Shown in pieces: positions 24,681-37,030 of a stretch of 64,000 bases of DNA (its first letter is position 1; each line of letters begins with the position of its first letter). This DNA is from Vicugna vicugna (Eukaryota), in assembly GCA_013265495.1 (NCBI GenBank), contig MU061814.1, positions 2,023,680 to 2,087,679 of the forward strand, given 5' to 3'. The notes under the pieces were generated by a model. That model was not told the DNA's origin. It saw only the letters and a program-made list of their open reading frames with translations, and searched no databases. The position numbers and the translations under genes were made by a program.

Positions 24681-25219
24681 TCACCTTGGGAGAGGCCCTG
24701 CTCTAGGACAGCATTGTGACCCAAGGCCTCAAACAGTGCCAGACACATGGTAGATGCTCATCGAACATTTGTTCAGTAAACAAATATTCCAAGAAAATCA
24801 CTTACAACTTCACTGAATGAGACCCTTGGCACGACATGCCCCACCACCCACAGTAAATTAACATGTCACAAAGCTCCCTCAACTATCATTGTCCCCTAAT
24901 CTCCTAAGGGTCCAATTGGAGTCGGGAATGGTTGCAGCCAGTTTCTGCACCATCACAAGGGCTGAGCTAACATCCTTTAGAAATAAACTAGGACAGCATT
25001 TTCTTAAGTGTCACCAGTTTTTTTCCTGCAGTCTGTCCTTTTTTTCCTCTTGCTTTTGACTGGGATTGAGGAGCAGACACACTAGGAGACTTAGAACACA
25101 AAACGAGCCCCAGGTATTGCGTTCAAAGCAAGCATCAAACACTTCAACCTCTTTTTGGGCGAGTAAATAGAAACTTCTCATTCTCTAAGAGAAGCCCCAA
25201 AGGCAGGGGAGTTGTCTTC

Positions 25220-25510
25220 TGTAGGCAATTAGTTAGAATATGTTCAATAGGGTGGCCCTGGTCCAATATGACTGACGTCCTCATACAAAGAGGAGATGAG
25301 GACACAGACATGCGCAGAGGAGAAAGCGAGTGAAGGCACAAGAAGACGGCTGTCTGTAAGCCCAGGAGGGAGGCCTCAGAAGAACTCAAACCTGCTGACA
25401 CCTTGATGTGGAACTTCCAGCCTCCAGAGCTCTGAGAAAACTGATCTCTCTTGTTTCAGCCTCCAAGTCTGCAGCCCTTTGTTCAGGTGGCCAGAGCTGG
25501 CGATTATAAC
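25220..25510 (+). mobile_element. MLT1A MaLR LTR
   Basis: gggtggccctggtccaatatgactgacgtcctcat..gaggcctcagaagaa..aacctgctgacaccttgat..cttccagcctccaga. Confidence 0.85.
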
Positions 25511-25826
25511 TGGGCAGCAGAGAGGAGAAGCCTGAAGGAGAGGCTGAGATGGGAGTCATCTGTTCCAGAGACAGAGACGGAGGCTCCCTGGCTCGTGGCA
25601 TCTTTCCTGCTTCTGGTTCTGAGCCTTCATGGGCTCCGACTCTGCTTCCTGGTCTTCAGATCTCGGAAATCACAAATTCCCCGCTAGTCAGCGGAGCTCT
25701 GTTCTTGCAACCGAAACAGCCTTAAGCACATAATTTGGTTTCATGATTGCAATCATTACCCAGAGACCTTATTCCCATGAACCTCTTTAGTCCATTAGAA
25801 AAGAAACATTTAATGCAAAACACTTC

Positions 25827-26240
25827 TGTGGTACACAGAACGATGGCCTCCCAGAGACGTCGATGGCCAAGGAGACTTTGAGATGTGATTGCATTAAGGG
25901 TCGAGGTGGGGAGACATCCTGAGTTATTCTGAGTTACCTCGGTAATCTCAATGTAATCACAAAGGTCTTAAAAGAGAAAAAGGGAAATAGAAGAGTTAGA
26001 GAGGAACTGGAAGATGCTGCGCTGCTGGCTTTAAAGACAAAGGTAGGGGCCACCAGGCAAGGAACACAGGCAGCCCCCAGAAGCTGGAAACGGCAAGGAA
26101 ATGGATTCTCCCCCGAGCCTCCAGGAGCGCAGCCCTCCTAACACCTTGACATTGACCTCCTGAACCGTAATAAATGTATGTTGTTTTTAAGCCACTAAGT
26201 TCGCATTAATTTGTTAAAGCAGCAACAGGGAACTCTGACT
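25827..26240 (+). mobile_element. MLT1D MaLR solo LTR
   Basis: tgtggtacacagaacgatggcc..caatgtaatcacaaaggtctta..aagctggaaacggcaaggaaatggattctcc..gccactaagtt. Confidence 0.85.
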
Positions 26241-27479
26241 AGTGCACTGCTCATAAGCCCCCGCCCTGAACTTCTTTAAATTCTCGTTTCCTTTACCCCT
26301 CAGCTATTCACGCTGAAGACGGGTCAATCAGAGAATGCACCCAAGGGCTGAATTCTGGTTGAATTCCAAACAGGAAGCAGTTCGTGGAAAGAACAATTAG
26401 ATATTCAGCCAAAGTAGTTAAAGCCTTCACAGCCATGGGAATCTTCAAAAGCAAATTCCCCTCCCTTCCTCCTGCTGTTCCTTGCGCTCAAACAGTTTAT
26501 TTGGTGGAGTGTGTGTTAGCAAAACATCGGGGGGCTTGGAGAAGAGCTTCAGCTCTGCCTGGGCACCCTAGCTCATGGGCCGACCAGGGGCACCCACCCC
26601 AGCGGGAACGGAAGGCGTCAAGAGGCTTCAATCCTAATGCAAGCAAAACAATGAAAGAAAGCAGTCAGCTTTTCCAGTTGCTGATGGCTTGGCCTTGTTT
26701 GGATTCTAGTGTCCCAACAGGTCCCCACCCACACCTTAAGTGACATCGCAGGTTAGCGGAGTGGAGCTGGCCAGAGAGATGCTCTTTTGCCTACGTCGGT
26801 GCTGCGGGTGCCGTCACAAAGGCCTCAGACTGGAAAAAGCAGACAGCTGCGCCCGGCAGGCTCACATGTGCCGGCTCCATCTGCTAAATCATTAAAACTG
26901 AGCCTTGGCAGAGTCTGCAGAAAAACACATTTGTTTTCTCCATAAAGAGGAAGAGTAAACTTTCCTGTCGTCCTCATAAGTTTTTGCAATTACTTTCATG
27001 TGCAAAGCACCTTGTACCAAGGCAGGAAGCTGTTCCACAGGCGCAGGGGCCAAGACGCAGACTTTCACAAATTACGTTATAGGTTAAATTGTATGTTCGC
27101 TCGTGCTGGCGGCTTCATTATCATTTCACAGTAATAAGACACGTTAACGCCAAAGCTCACAACGACGCTCAGAGCTTGGGGACATGCCTCTCACACTAAC
27201 ACACGTCCTGGGGACACGTCCAACATGGTGGTCTGGGAGGGTCACACGGAGAGAATGGACTGTCTCGGAGAGCGTGAGAGGTGTAATTCACACACAGTCC
27301 TGGAGTGACCAGGGAAAGAAAGGATGAGTCCATGAAACCTGAAAAACAGGGGTGTCCCAGCTTCTGAATCCAGAGATAAGCCTTTATTTCCATCTTTTTA
27401 ACGTGTGACAGAATCTGCCCCAGATTTCATATTTCATTCACCACTTACATTCCCAATTCACCCCACCCGACATGGGACT

Positions 27480-27680
27480 GACTGGAGCCATTCGGACAGC
27501 CTGAATGTCCTCTCTCTCTCGCTTGGTAAGTATGAGACTCTCTGAGCTTCAACTTTCTCATCTGTTAAATGGGTGTAACAATAATAGCTCCTTGTTAGAG
27601 CTGGGAGAGAATTGAGGAAGACAATGTATGTAAAAGATTGAAAACAACGTCTGTCTATCAATACCTATCATTAGCATTGT
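27480..27680 (+). mobile_element. MIR SINE
   Basis: ctctctgagcttcaactttctcatctgttaaatggg..aataatag..gacaatgtatgtaaaag. Confidence 0.75.
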
Positions 27681-27779
27681 TAGCATTTCTCTGTGACGAG
27701 CATATTAGATACTTCAAAGCCTACATCCCTTTCAAATGCGGTCCTCGGCCCCCATTTTAAACCTGGTACCAACGTCTGT

Positions 27780-28117
27780 GAGACTTAGGGCAAAGTACAG
27801 CTTGTGGGCCAAATCCCCTGCTAGCCACCTGTTTTTGTACACCTGTTGAGCTAAATAACAGTTTTTACATTTTTTAATAGATAGAGAAAACTAGTCTTCT
27901 TCCAAAAAAGAATGTTATCATGTGATGTGTGGAAATTAAATGAAATTCAAATTGCAGGGTCCACAAAGTTTTCCTGAAACACAGCTATGCCCATTTATTT
28001 ACGTACTGCCTGTACTTTGTGCTAGAACAGTAGAGCTGAGTAGATTGCAAAAGAGACGTCACCCATAAAGCTGAACATACTTACTACATATCCCTTACAG
28101 GAAGTTCACTGACCTTC
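27780..28117 (+). mobile_element. MER58B hAT-Charlie MITE
   Basis: ggcaaagtacagcttgtgggccaaatc..gagctaaataacagtttttacattt..gaaattcaaatt..gaaacacagctatgcccattt. Confidence 0.85.
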
Positions 28118-28599
28118 ATTCAAGGGAATATAGCCATTATCTTTGGAAGCCTTGGCTCCGTCTCACAGTTGTTGTTGAAAAACCCCAGGACCTGACCTAG
28201 TAGAGTGGATGTGAGAAGCAACTAGAAAGACAGATATCTTTGCATCTCAACCAAAGACAACGCCAGGAGGGGCTAATGACTTAGAATCATGGGAAGGACC
28301 GTACCATCAGAGCCATGTTTGAAACCCAACTTGGCCACTGCAGACTGTGTGGCTTGGGACTGGTGACCTAACCTCGCCAAGTTCGCTGATGTAAATTGGG
28401 GTATCGATCCCTTCGGCACAGGGTCGTCATAACAACAGAAATAAATGGCACCCCCTCTCCCAAAGATCACCTGCCCCGCTGGTGAATGAAATGTGTTGGC
28501 TCCCTCCTTCCAGTTCGCCTTCCTGGTCCATCAAAAAATAAAACATACCGAGAGAGAAAAAATAGTCCTATTTTATAAAAACAAACAAACAAACCAACA

Positions 28600-31295
28600 A
28601 AAAACACTGTTGACTTCAGTTTCAGCTCCAACAAGTGAAGAGCGTGGAAGCCATCACTCCTATTCTTACAACAACAACGACAAAAGCTGAACTACCTGAA
28701 AAATCAATGACTTTTCTTGGACCCATCAGATAACTGAGTTTTCAAGATACACTGCCACTCTGAACTCTGGAAAGACTGATGACTTCAGAGTCGCAGCTGA
28801 GCCGTGCTTACCTGGAACAGAAGCTGCTGGAGTCATAATCAGCAGTAAGAGTTCGATGGTAGTTTTTATGAATGGCTGGAGGCTGGGTACGAACTAGCTG
28901 AGAGTGAGAAACTCATGGGGGCTGTGGTCCTTGGTTTGGTGGGGAGAGCAGATTTCAGGGGCTTTATCTCCAGCGACTCCACCAGGTTCTCTCTGTGAAG
29001 ATCCAGGAAGGATCCCCTCCTGGCTCTGGCAGGGGAAGGGAAGCATAATCTTTGTGAAATACACTTTCTCCATAACCAAGGCCCACTCTGAAGGGGAAAG
29101 AGCAGAGCATTATCCCAGCTGGGAAAAGGGCTTTCCTCTGCCTTTAGCCCCTCCGGTCTTCCTGCCTCATCTAAGGACAGGGAAATGGGTGAGAAACACT
29201 CATGAAGCTCACAAGCCAGATATACACTGGTCCACTAAAAGACAGATTTAACCTGAAGATTATAGAACACTCCCCTTCTCCCAATCCTTGCCACCAGACC
29301 AACAAGACTCCAGTATAATGGCAGCATGTTACACCTGAAAGTATATTACTTGATATGACATGTCTGGCTTGCCACAAAAAAATTATAAGGCATACCAAAG
29401 CGGGGAAAAAAGGACACAGTCTGAAGAGACTAAGTAAACATCAGAACCAGACTCAGATACAACACAGCTGTCGAAATCATCAGACAGGGAATTTAAAGTA
29501 ACAATGATGAATAGATTAAGGGCTCTTGTGGAAAAACATGCAATACAGATGGATAATGTAACCAGAAAAATTAAAATTCTAAGAAATAATCAAAAGGAAA
29601 CCCTAGATATCAAAAACATTCTAACAAAAATGAAGAATGCCTTTAATGGGCTCCTCAGCAGGTTGGACGTGGCAGAGGAAAGAGTTGTGAGCTTGAAGAT
29701 ACATCAGTAGAAACTTCCCAAACTGAGAAGCAAAGAGAAAAAAATGATAAAAACAGAACACCCAAGTAGTGTGGGAAATTGTCAAAAGATGTAACATACA
29801 TGTTATCTGGATGCCAGAGGGAAAGGAAAGAGAATGGAGAAAAATATTTGAAGAAATTATGGCTGAAAACTTTCCCTGATGAATGACAGATATCAAGCTA
29901 CAGATCCAGGTGGCTCAGAGAATACCAAAAAGCTACACCTGGACACCTCCTATTTGTACTTCAGAAAACCAAAGATGAGAGAAAATTTTGAATGAAGCCA
30001 GAGAGGGTGGAAAAAAACAACAACTTACCTCTAAATGAAGAAGGATAAGAATTACAGTGGACTTGTCATCAGAAACTATGCAAGCAGAGAGTAGAGTGAA
30101 ATATTTTAAATACTGAATGCGAAAAAGGGCCAACTTAGAATTCTATATCTAGATAAATTAGCCTTCAAAATCAAAAGAGAAGTAAAAACTTTCCCAGACA
30201 AATAAAAATGAAGAGAAACTGTTGTTTGTAGATGTGCTCTGCAAGAAATGGTAGATTTTCTTCAGGCAGAAAGAAAATAATAGAGGTCAGAATTTTTTAT
30301 ATCTATATTTAAAAAAAAGAAAAACATCAGCAAAGATGTAAATAAAAATAAAATCTTTTATTTTCCTTATTTGTATTTAATCTTAAAGATAGCTGTTCAG
30401 AGTAATAGTCGTTTCTTAGTCTGTTCAGGCAGCCATAGCAATATACCACCACCAGGTGGCTTGAAAAACAGACATTGCTTTTAGCTCAGTTCTGGAGGGT
30501 GGGAAATCCAGGATCGAGACTGACCAGTTTGGGTTCAGTGAGGGCCCTCTTCCTGGCTTGCAGACAGCCCTTCTGCCCTCACATGGCCTTTCTTTGGTGC
30601 ATTAGCACCAAGAGAGAAAAAGAGCAAGCTCTCGGACGTCTCTTCTTAGAAGAACCCAACCCTGGTGGGTCATGGCCTCACCTTTATGACCTCATTTAAC
30701 TTTAATTACCTTCTTATAGGTCCTGTCCCCAAATACATTTGCATTGGGTGTTGGGGCTTCAACATGTGAATTCAGCACATAGAAAACAGTAACACTGCAT
30801 TGGGCGATTATAGCATATGGATCAGTAAAGCAAAGGACAGTGGTCCCAAGGGATAGGAGGGAGGACCTGAGAATACGGTGTTATGAAGTATCTGCACCAC
30901 ATATGAAGCTTTACAGAACTGTGTGATGATGGACTTACATTACTTAAAAATGTATACTGTGAATTCTAGGGCACCCCCTAAAAATATTTTTAAAAGAAGT
31001 ACAGCTGATACACTGAGAAGAGATAAAATGGAATTATATAAAACGGCCCAATGAAAACCAGAGAAGGCAGAAAAAAAAAGAAGTCTCCAGCAATGAATAA
31101 AAAGCCGTTCTACTAATAAAATTATACTAGTGGTTGACAGTAATACAATTACATCAGTAGTCAATTTAAATGAGCAGGATCTAACACACCAGTTAAAAGA
31201 CAGAGAACGTCAGAGGGCACAAAAACAAGACCCAATATGTGTCACATACTAGAGATGCATTTTGAACATAAAGAACCTGATAGGTTAAAAGTACA
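28600..31295 (+). mobile_element. Old L1M (MC/MD-type): 5' UTR, ORF1 remnant and start of ORF2 endonuclease
   Basis: ORF 29504..29710 (ILRNNQKETLDIKNILTKMKNAFNGLLSRLDVAEERV) is the L1 ORF1p coiled coil. 31155-31290 resembles the ORF2 N-terminus (aatttaaatgag..acaccagttaaaagacagaga..caagacccaa). Confidence 0.85.
30410..30783 (-). mobile_element. MLT1A LTR inserted into the L1M
   Basis: tcttagtctgttcaggcagccatagc..gctcagttctggagg..gagggccctcttcctggcttgcagacagcc..cttcaacatgtgaatt. L1 sequence resumes on both sides. Confidence 0.85.
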
Positions 31296-31995
31296 GGGAG
31301 CGTGGAGAGGATTCAGGGAAGATGGCAGAACAGAAAGCATTAGGAATCTGTTTCCCCGCTCAGACAGCAGTTGCTCAGGCAAGATCTGTCTGGCGTAACT
31401 ATCCTGGTATTCTGGGGTCTATTGGAGGCTTGCAACTTGCAAGGGAAGGCACAGACGGTAAATTTTGGTTAATTTTGGTCAATTTCAGCTCTTAGCACAG
31501 TAGCAACTACTCATCCTCAACCTCCAGCCCTATGGCAGGCAGCTGTGTGCACTGTCCCTGGAGCAGTGTGTACACAGCTTGAGGGAGCCAGGGTGGGCGA
31601 AAACGTCCCTGTCCTCTAAATGTCAGCGACCTGTGCTCTGATGACTGATTGCTGCTGCTGATCACAGAGGTGCAGACCAAAAGGTCAACAACAATTGTTA
31701 TACCTCCTTGCATCTTTGCAAGGTACCTCCTCAACCCTCCCCAAAATGACATGACTTTCAGGGGATTTAAAGGGCAAGTGCCCTTTTTGCCCACCATCAT
31801 TTTTCTCTTTTTCTTCCTTTGGGAACCAGACACTAAAGCCTAGGACATTCAAAACATAACTGAAGAAACAGGAAAAATTAGAAAGTGCCTATGCATGCCC
31901 AGGGAAAGGGTCAGAAAAGACCTCATACCCAATGGTGAAAGACGAAAAGCTTTTCCTCTAAGAGCAGGAATAAGACAAGAATGATTGCTTTTGCT

Positions 31996-32145
31996 NNNNN
32001 NNNNNNNNNNNNNNNNNNNNNNNNNNNNNNNNNNNNNNNNNNNNNNNNNNNNNNNNNNNNNNNNNNNNNNNNNNNNNNNNNNNNNNNNNNNNNNNNNNNN
32101 NNNNNNNNNNNNNNNNNNNNNNNNNNNNNNNNNNNNNNNNNNNNT
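31996..32145. other. Assembly gap (150 N)
   Basis: N run inside L1 ORF2. Confidence 1.
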
Positions 32146-32861
32146 TCAAAACTTGTTTGAATAAATTAATTCAGCAAAGTAGCAGGATACAAAGTCAACA
32201 CCCAAAGGTTTGTTGCTTTTCTTTACACCAGCAGTGAATGCACAACCCAGAAAAGAAAGAATGAAAATAACTCCATTTATTTACAATAGCATCAAAAAGA
32301 ATGAAATACTTAGAAATTAACTTAATTAAGAAGGTAAAAGACTTATACAATGAAAACTACAAAATATTGCTGACAGGAATTCACGATGTAAATAAATGGA
32401 AACATCTCACGTTCATAGAGTAGAAGACATTACTAAGATGTCAGTACCACCCAAAACAATCCACAGATTCAATGAAATCCCTGTCAAAATCCCAATAGCA
32501 TTTTTTGCAGGAATAGAAAAAAGCCCATCCTAAAATTCATATGGAATCTCAAGGAATTGTGAATAGCCTGAACAATCTTTTCAAAAAAAAGAAGAACAAA
32601 GCTGGAGATCTCATATTTCTTGATTTCAAAACTAACTACAAAGCTACAGTAATCAAAACAATGTGGCACTGATATAAAGAGACCTATAGACAAATATAAT
32701 AAAATAGAGAGCCCAGAAGTAAACCCTCACAAATATGATAAAGTTATTTTTGACACGAGTGCTAAGAATGCTCACTGGGAAAAGGATAATCTTTCAACAA
32801 ACGATGCTGAGAAAACTGGATATCCACATGCAAAAGAATGAATTTGTACCCTTAACTAATA

Positions 32862-32991
32862 NNNNNNNNNNNNNNNNNNNNNNNNNNNNNNNNNNNNNNN
32901 NNNNNNNNNNNNNNNNNNNNNNNNNNNNNNNNNNNNNNNNNNNNNNNNNNNNNNNNNNNNNNNNNNNNNNNNNNNNNNNNNNNNNNNNNNN
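32862..32991. other. Assembly gap (130 N)
   Basis: N run. Confidence 1.
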
Positions 32992-33294
32992 CACCAAGGA
33001 CAGAGTTAACAAGAACAACAAAGTGACAAATTGACTATATGAAAATTGTGCCATCTCAGGATATCTGTCATCTGCGGTGCCTTCCCAATCTGGACGTTCA
33101 AGGGTGTGTTGTGTATTCACACAAAGAGACACAGACATGCACCGAGACCCATAGAGCAGACAAGCTGCACACGTACTGCTGGGGGGACACACTCCGACAC
33201 AACACATACAGACACGGAGTGACAGCAGACATGCATTCTGCATGCCTATGCAGATATGCTGTAATAGTAGCTGAGGTTTGTAGCCCACTTCCTC

Positions 33295-33410
33295 CATGTC
33301 TTAGTTTCCCAACCAGAACAGAGCCTGAGAGGACTTGTGTACAAATGATTCACTCGGGAGGCACCCCCAGGGAGCAGTAGTACAGAAATAGGAAGGGAGG
33401 GTCTTCCGTT
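33295..33410 (+). mobile_element. LTR33-like ERVL LTR fragment
   Basis: gtttcccaaccagaacagagcctgagaggac..tgattcactcgggaggcacccccagggagcagtag. Confidence 0.5.
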
Positions 33411-34098
33411 TCTGACCTTGACAGACAAAGTAGCATCGTACTAGTCTTCCCATCCTAAGCAATAAAAAATTGGACAAGATACACGAGGCAACAGTCTCCA
33501 GTCAACGGACAACAGGCAGCATAAGACAATAGCCCCTAAGAAGGGGAGAACCCACAGGGTGAGCCCAACCGCTGCTCAGTGTGTAATTGGAGGCAGTTCT
33601 CAGCCGTGCCGCAGGAGCAGCCTGCGTCGGGCCTAGCGGTCCCACGGAGCTGAGACGGCCGGAAACAGAGTTCAGGGCAACTGAAGTAGCTGCGCCTGTG
33701 GACTGGGGCATCAGAAGTACAGAAGCTCACGGGACTGGGGCTAGCGGCATCCAGTTTATGACAGTCTGGAGATTTTGGCAGTGGAAACACTCTTCCTGCC
33801 TCCTTAGGGTATCCAGACACATATCTTTTATTTTGTATCCATTTATTCAACACACATGACTGAGCGCCTACTGTATACCAGCACTGGGGTCCCAGCAGGA
33901 ACCATTTCTGTTGTTTTACTCCCAGTGCCAAGGCCAGTGCCCGGCATAGCATAGATGCTCAATTTGTTTCCATTGGGTGGACGGATGGACAGATGATGGG
34001 TGGATAGGTGGGTGAATAGATGAGTGACACAGGCCCTGTGCAGAGTGGTGCAGGCTGACAAATAAGACACAGTTGTCATCTCACAGGAGTCCACCCTC

Positions 34099-34290
34099 GG
34101 GGGCAGAGTAGGGCCAGTGGTAGAGTATGTGCTTAGCATGCAGGAGGTCCTGGGTTCAATCCCCAGTACCTCTGTTAAATAACTAAATAAATAAGTAAAA
34201 AACCTAATTACCACCCCCCCAAATCAATAAGTCAGTCAATCAAACAATTAATTAATTAAACGAGTGGTTGATTAATTAAATTGAGTTCAA
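34099..34290 (+). mobile_element. Camelid vic-1-type SINE with 14-bp TSD
   Basis: Head cagtggtagagtatgtgcttagcatgcaggaggtcctgggttcaatccccagtacctc (B-box GGTTCAATCCC 34153-63). TSD aggagtccaccctc (34085-98) / aggagtcccccctc (34291-304). Confidence 0.92.
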
Positions 34291-34994
34291 AGGAGTCCCC
34301 CCTCCCCGAGCAAGGCTTTGCCTATGCCAGTCTGTTGCCAGGTTACCCAAGTTCTAGGAGGGAAGACAGGAGTAAGGAGAGAGGGGCCACATCCAGCTGG
34401 GATATTTTAGGCAGAGCATTTGGGGGAAGCTTCAGGATGACCTCAAGCCCAGCTGGAGGAGCAGTGCCCACCCTCCGTCCTCGCACCTCACAGAAAAGAT
34501 TAGCCAGGAGGGTTCTTACTGGGGGTGACCTCAGGGCCACTGGGGCCACTGGAGTGGGAACTGGCATCTGGTGGTTTAATCAGGTGCAGCCAGACGTGGC
34601 TCCTTCATAGTATCCACCCACATCATAGGGTTTACTCCGCTTTAGCACAGTCACAACAGGTGGGTGGGCACCTCAGAGGATCCATCTCATCATAGTCACC
34701 CCCGTTTCAGCATCTGTGCCCCGCTTGGCTGGGGCACACACATGCCTTCAGCCTTCACACACTGCACTTCAGCACGTGTGCCCCTCTTCAAGTGCACCTC
34801 CTTCAGTGATGCCCTTCCTTCCCCAAATGCCCCCCTCCTCACCAGGAACACGGCACTCCAGGGGCGATCAGTGATTAGACCTGCCCAGACTGGACCCGAT
34901 TCCAGGCCACCCTAGAGGTGTAATAAGCATTTCTACAAAAGCCAGCCCAGACCTGCAGCCATGAAACCCATTCCTGTTTTTAAAAACAAGAACA

Positions 34995-35460
34995 CCATGG
35001 AATACTACTCAGCCATAAAAAAGAGTGAAATAATGCCACTTGCAGCAACGTGGATGGACCTAGAGATGATCACACTAAGTGAAAGTCAGTCAGAGAAAGA
35101 CAAATATCATATGTCACTTATATGTGGAATCCAAAAAAAAAAGACACAAATGAACTTATTTACAAAACAGAAATAGACTCACAAATGTAGAAAACAAACT
35201 TATGGTCACAGGGGGAAATGGAAGAGGGAGGGATAAATTGGGAATTCAAGATTTGCAGATACAAACTACTGTATATAAAACAGATAAACAACAAGGTCCT
35301 ACTGTACAGCACAGGGAACTACATTCAATATCTTATAATAACCTGTAATAGAAAGAATATGGAAAGGAATATATATGTATAACTAAACACTGTGCTGTGC
35401 ACCAGGAACTAACACAACATTGTAAATCGACTATACTTCAGCAAAAAACTAAAATAAAAA
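34995..35460 (+). mobile_element. 5'-truncated cetartiodactyl-type L1 3' end with 14-bp TSD
   Basis: atggaatactactcagccataaaaaagagtgaaataatgcc..gacctagagatgatcacactaagtgaa. TSD taaaaacaagaaca (34981-94) / taaacacaagaaca (35461-74) at an L1-EN-like TT/AAAA site. Confidence 0.92.
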
Positions 35461-36539
35461 TAAACACAAGAACATCCAAGCAAGCGAGTGCCCCCCAAAT
35501 TCTACCCTGTGTCACAGCAGAATGGCTTCAATACTGAGTGTCCCTGGGCATTCATGGAACAGCTGTATTGAGCCAAGGATTGGAACCTGCTCAAAATTTT
35601 TGTTTCCCGTTTAATTGGCGGGAACAAAAAGTCATGGATTCCAACCAAAAAACATTCCACTCCATCAACCCCGTTGTCAAAATTGCTCCTTTCTCGAGCT
35701 CCAGTCTCATTGTTATCGATGTGTTTGGTTGACAGGCAAGCTGGTTTCCCCACAGTATCAGGTCAGAATTATCCCAATTTTACCTTCCCCCCTGCCCCAC
35801 CCATTCCAAGCATCACTGGAGATTCAGGGTAAACACAAGTGACTTTAAAAAATGCAGCTCTTCCCTTCTACCCCTCTCAAACTCAAGTAGTGACTTTGGA
35901 GCTGTTAATAAGGATCGCGTGGAGCCAAAAGTTCCTCCAGTTTTTCTTCTGCACTTGCCAGGGGGGTCATGTGCAGATTTTGAAGGTTGCCATGGAACTT
36001 CAACAACCAGTCAAAAGATGTTTCCTTCTTCAACCCATGCAGAGACATCCCACCTCTTCCTTCTCCCACCCCTGCCCTCCCTCCTGAGCCCTCACGTTGT
36101 CATACCGTCCATTTCAGACCTGGGCCGCCAGCTGGGGAGGGCCTGTCCTTCTTGGGTTGATGGCAGCATTCGCCACCTGGCTTGTGTGCTGGAGCCTCGC
36201 CTGGCTCCCCTGCTGCCTCCGTGACCACGCCCTCCCCTTCCCCACAGTCACATGGAGCTCCACGGGGCAGGGACTAGGGCCTTTTTCCTTTCACTCTGTA
36301 GGTCACTCACAAATGCTCCCTGGATTTGTAAGCCAGTTGTCTGCAGGCTTGTACACCAGATGTAAACCTACAGCCACAAATTCCAGGGCTGCCAAACTGT
36401 CAGGTTCCTTCTTTTTTTCTTTAACGCAAACAAAATCCCACCCTGATCTCCCATCTTCAGGAAACTGGACCACTCTCCTTGTAATGAACAGCCGAGGGTC
36501 TGCAAGCGTTAGGGCCAGCGAAGGTGGCCCAGGATACAC

Positions 36540-37030
36540 TTTCCACAACTCACTAGCTGTTGGGCCTCAGGCAAGGAACTTACCCTTTCTGGGCCTGGTG
36601 TATAAAGTGGGAATGATCACAATCACCTACACACACAGGCCTGCCCGGGATAACGGGTTACAGCACCTTGTCATCCAAGAAAGAGAATAAACACGACCTG
36701 TTAGTGCTGTGACTGACAACAGAAAACCAGAGAGTCTGCATGTTTCTGTTTCTCTGGATCCCTCCCCCTCAATAACTTCCCTTCTAGAGGTCAATTTTGT
36801 TATGTCACCAGTAGTTACAGGCTGCCACGGTCCCAGCTAGGGGACGGCAGGTCCCAGGGCTCTGAGTAAAGACTTTGCAGTATTGATCACTGAATCCTGC
36901 AAGAGCCCGTTTCACACGCTCTCACCATCCCATTTCACAGCTGAGCACACTGAGGCCCCAACAGGAATAGAACACACTCAGGATCACCCCACTGCCGAGG
37001 AAAAGATGCACCGAGTTCAGGCTGGGGTCT
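36540..37030. mobile_element. Two MIR fragments (36540-36700 +, 36890-37030 -)
   Basis: gcctcaggcaaggaacttaccctttctgggcct..aaagtgggaatgat, and cccatttcacagctgagcacactgaggccc. Confidence 0.65.

Larger units (their letters stand above)
31296..33060 (+). mobile_element. Second L1M (different 5' UTR) joined to ORF2 RT/C-terminal sequence, with two N-gaps
   Basis: gggaagatggcagaacagaaagca (5' UTR start). At 31922 ctcatacccaatggtgaaagacgaaaagcttttcctctaagagcaggaataagacaag is RT domain. 32146-32861 is typical ORF2. Confidence 0.8.

Noticed and set aside
29504-29710. Coiled-coil ORF
   Set aside because: A 68-aa remnant of L1 ORF1p within a disrupted L1, not a host gene.
30449-30460. CTCF-like CCACCAGGTGGC inside the MLT1A LTR
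   Set aside because: The 3' flank (TT) does not fit the motif, and it sits where the LTR consensus already has gggtggc. It is probably a chance derivative.
34099-34175. tRNA-like heads with A/B boxes (also 22740-22800, 53945-54017, 60529-60600)
   Set aside because: They are followed by SINE body and A-rich tails, two have TSDs, and I could not build a full cloverleaf. These are tRNA-derived SINEs, not tRNA genes.
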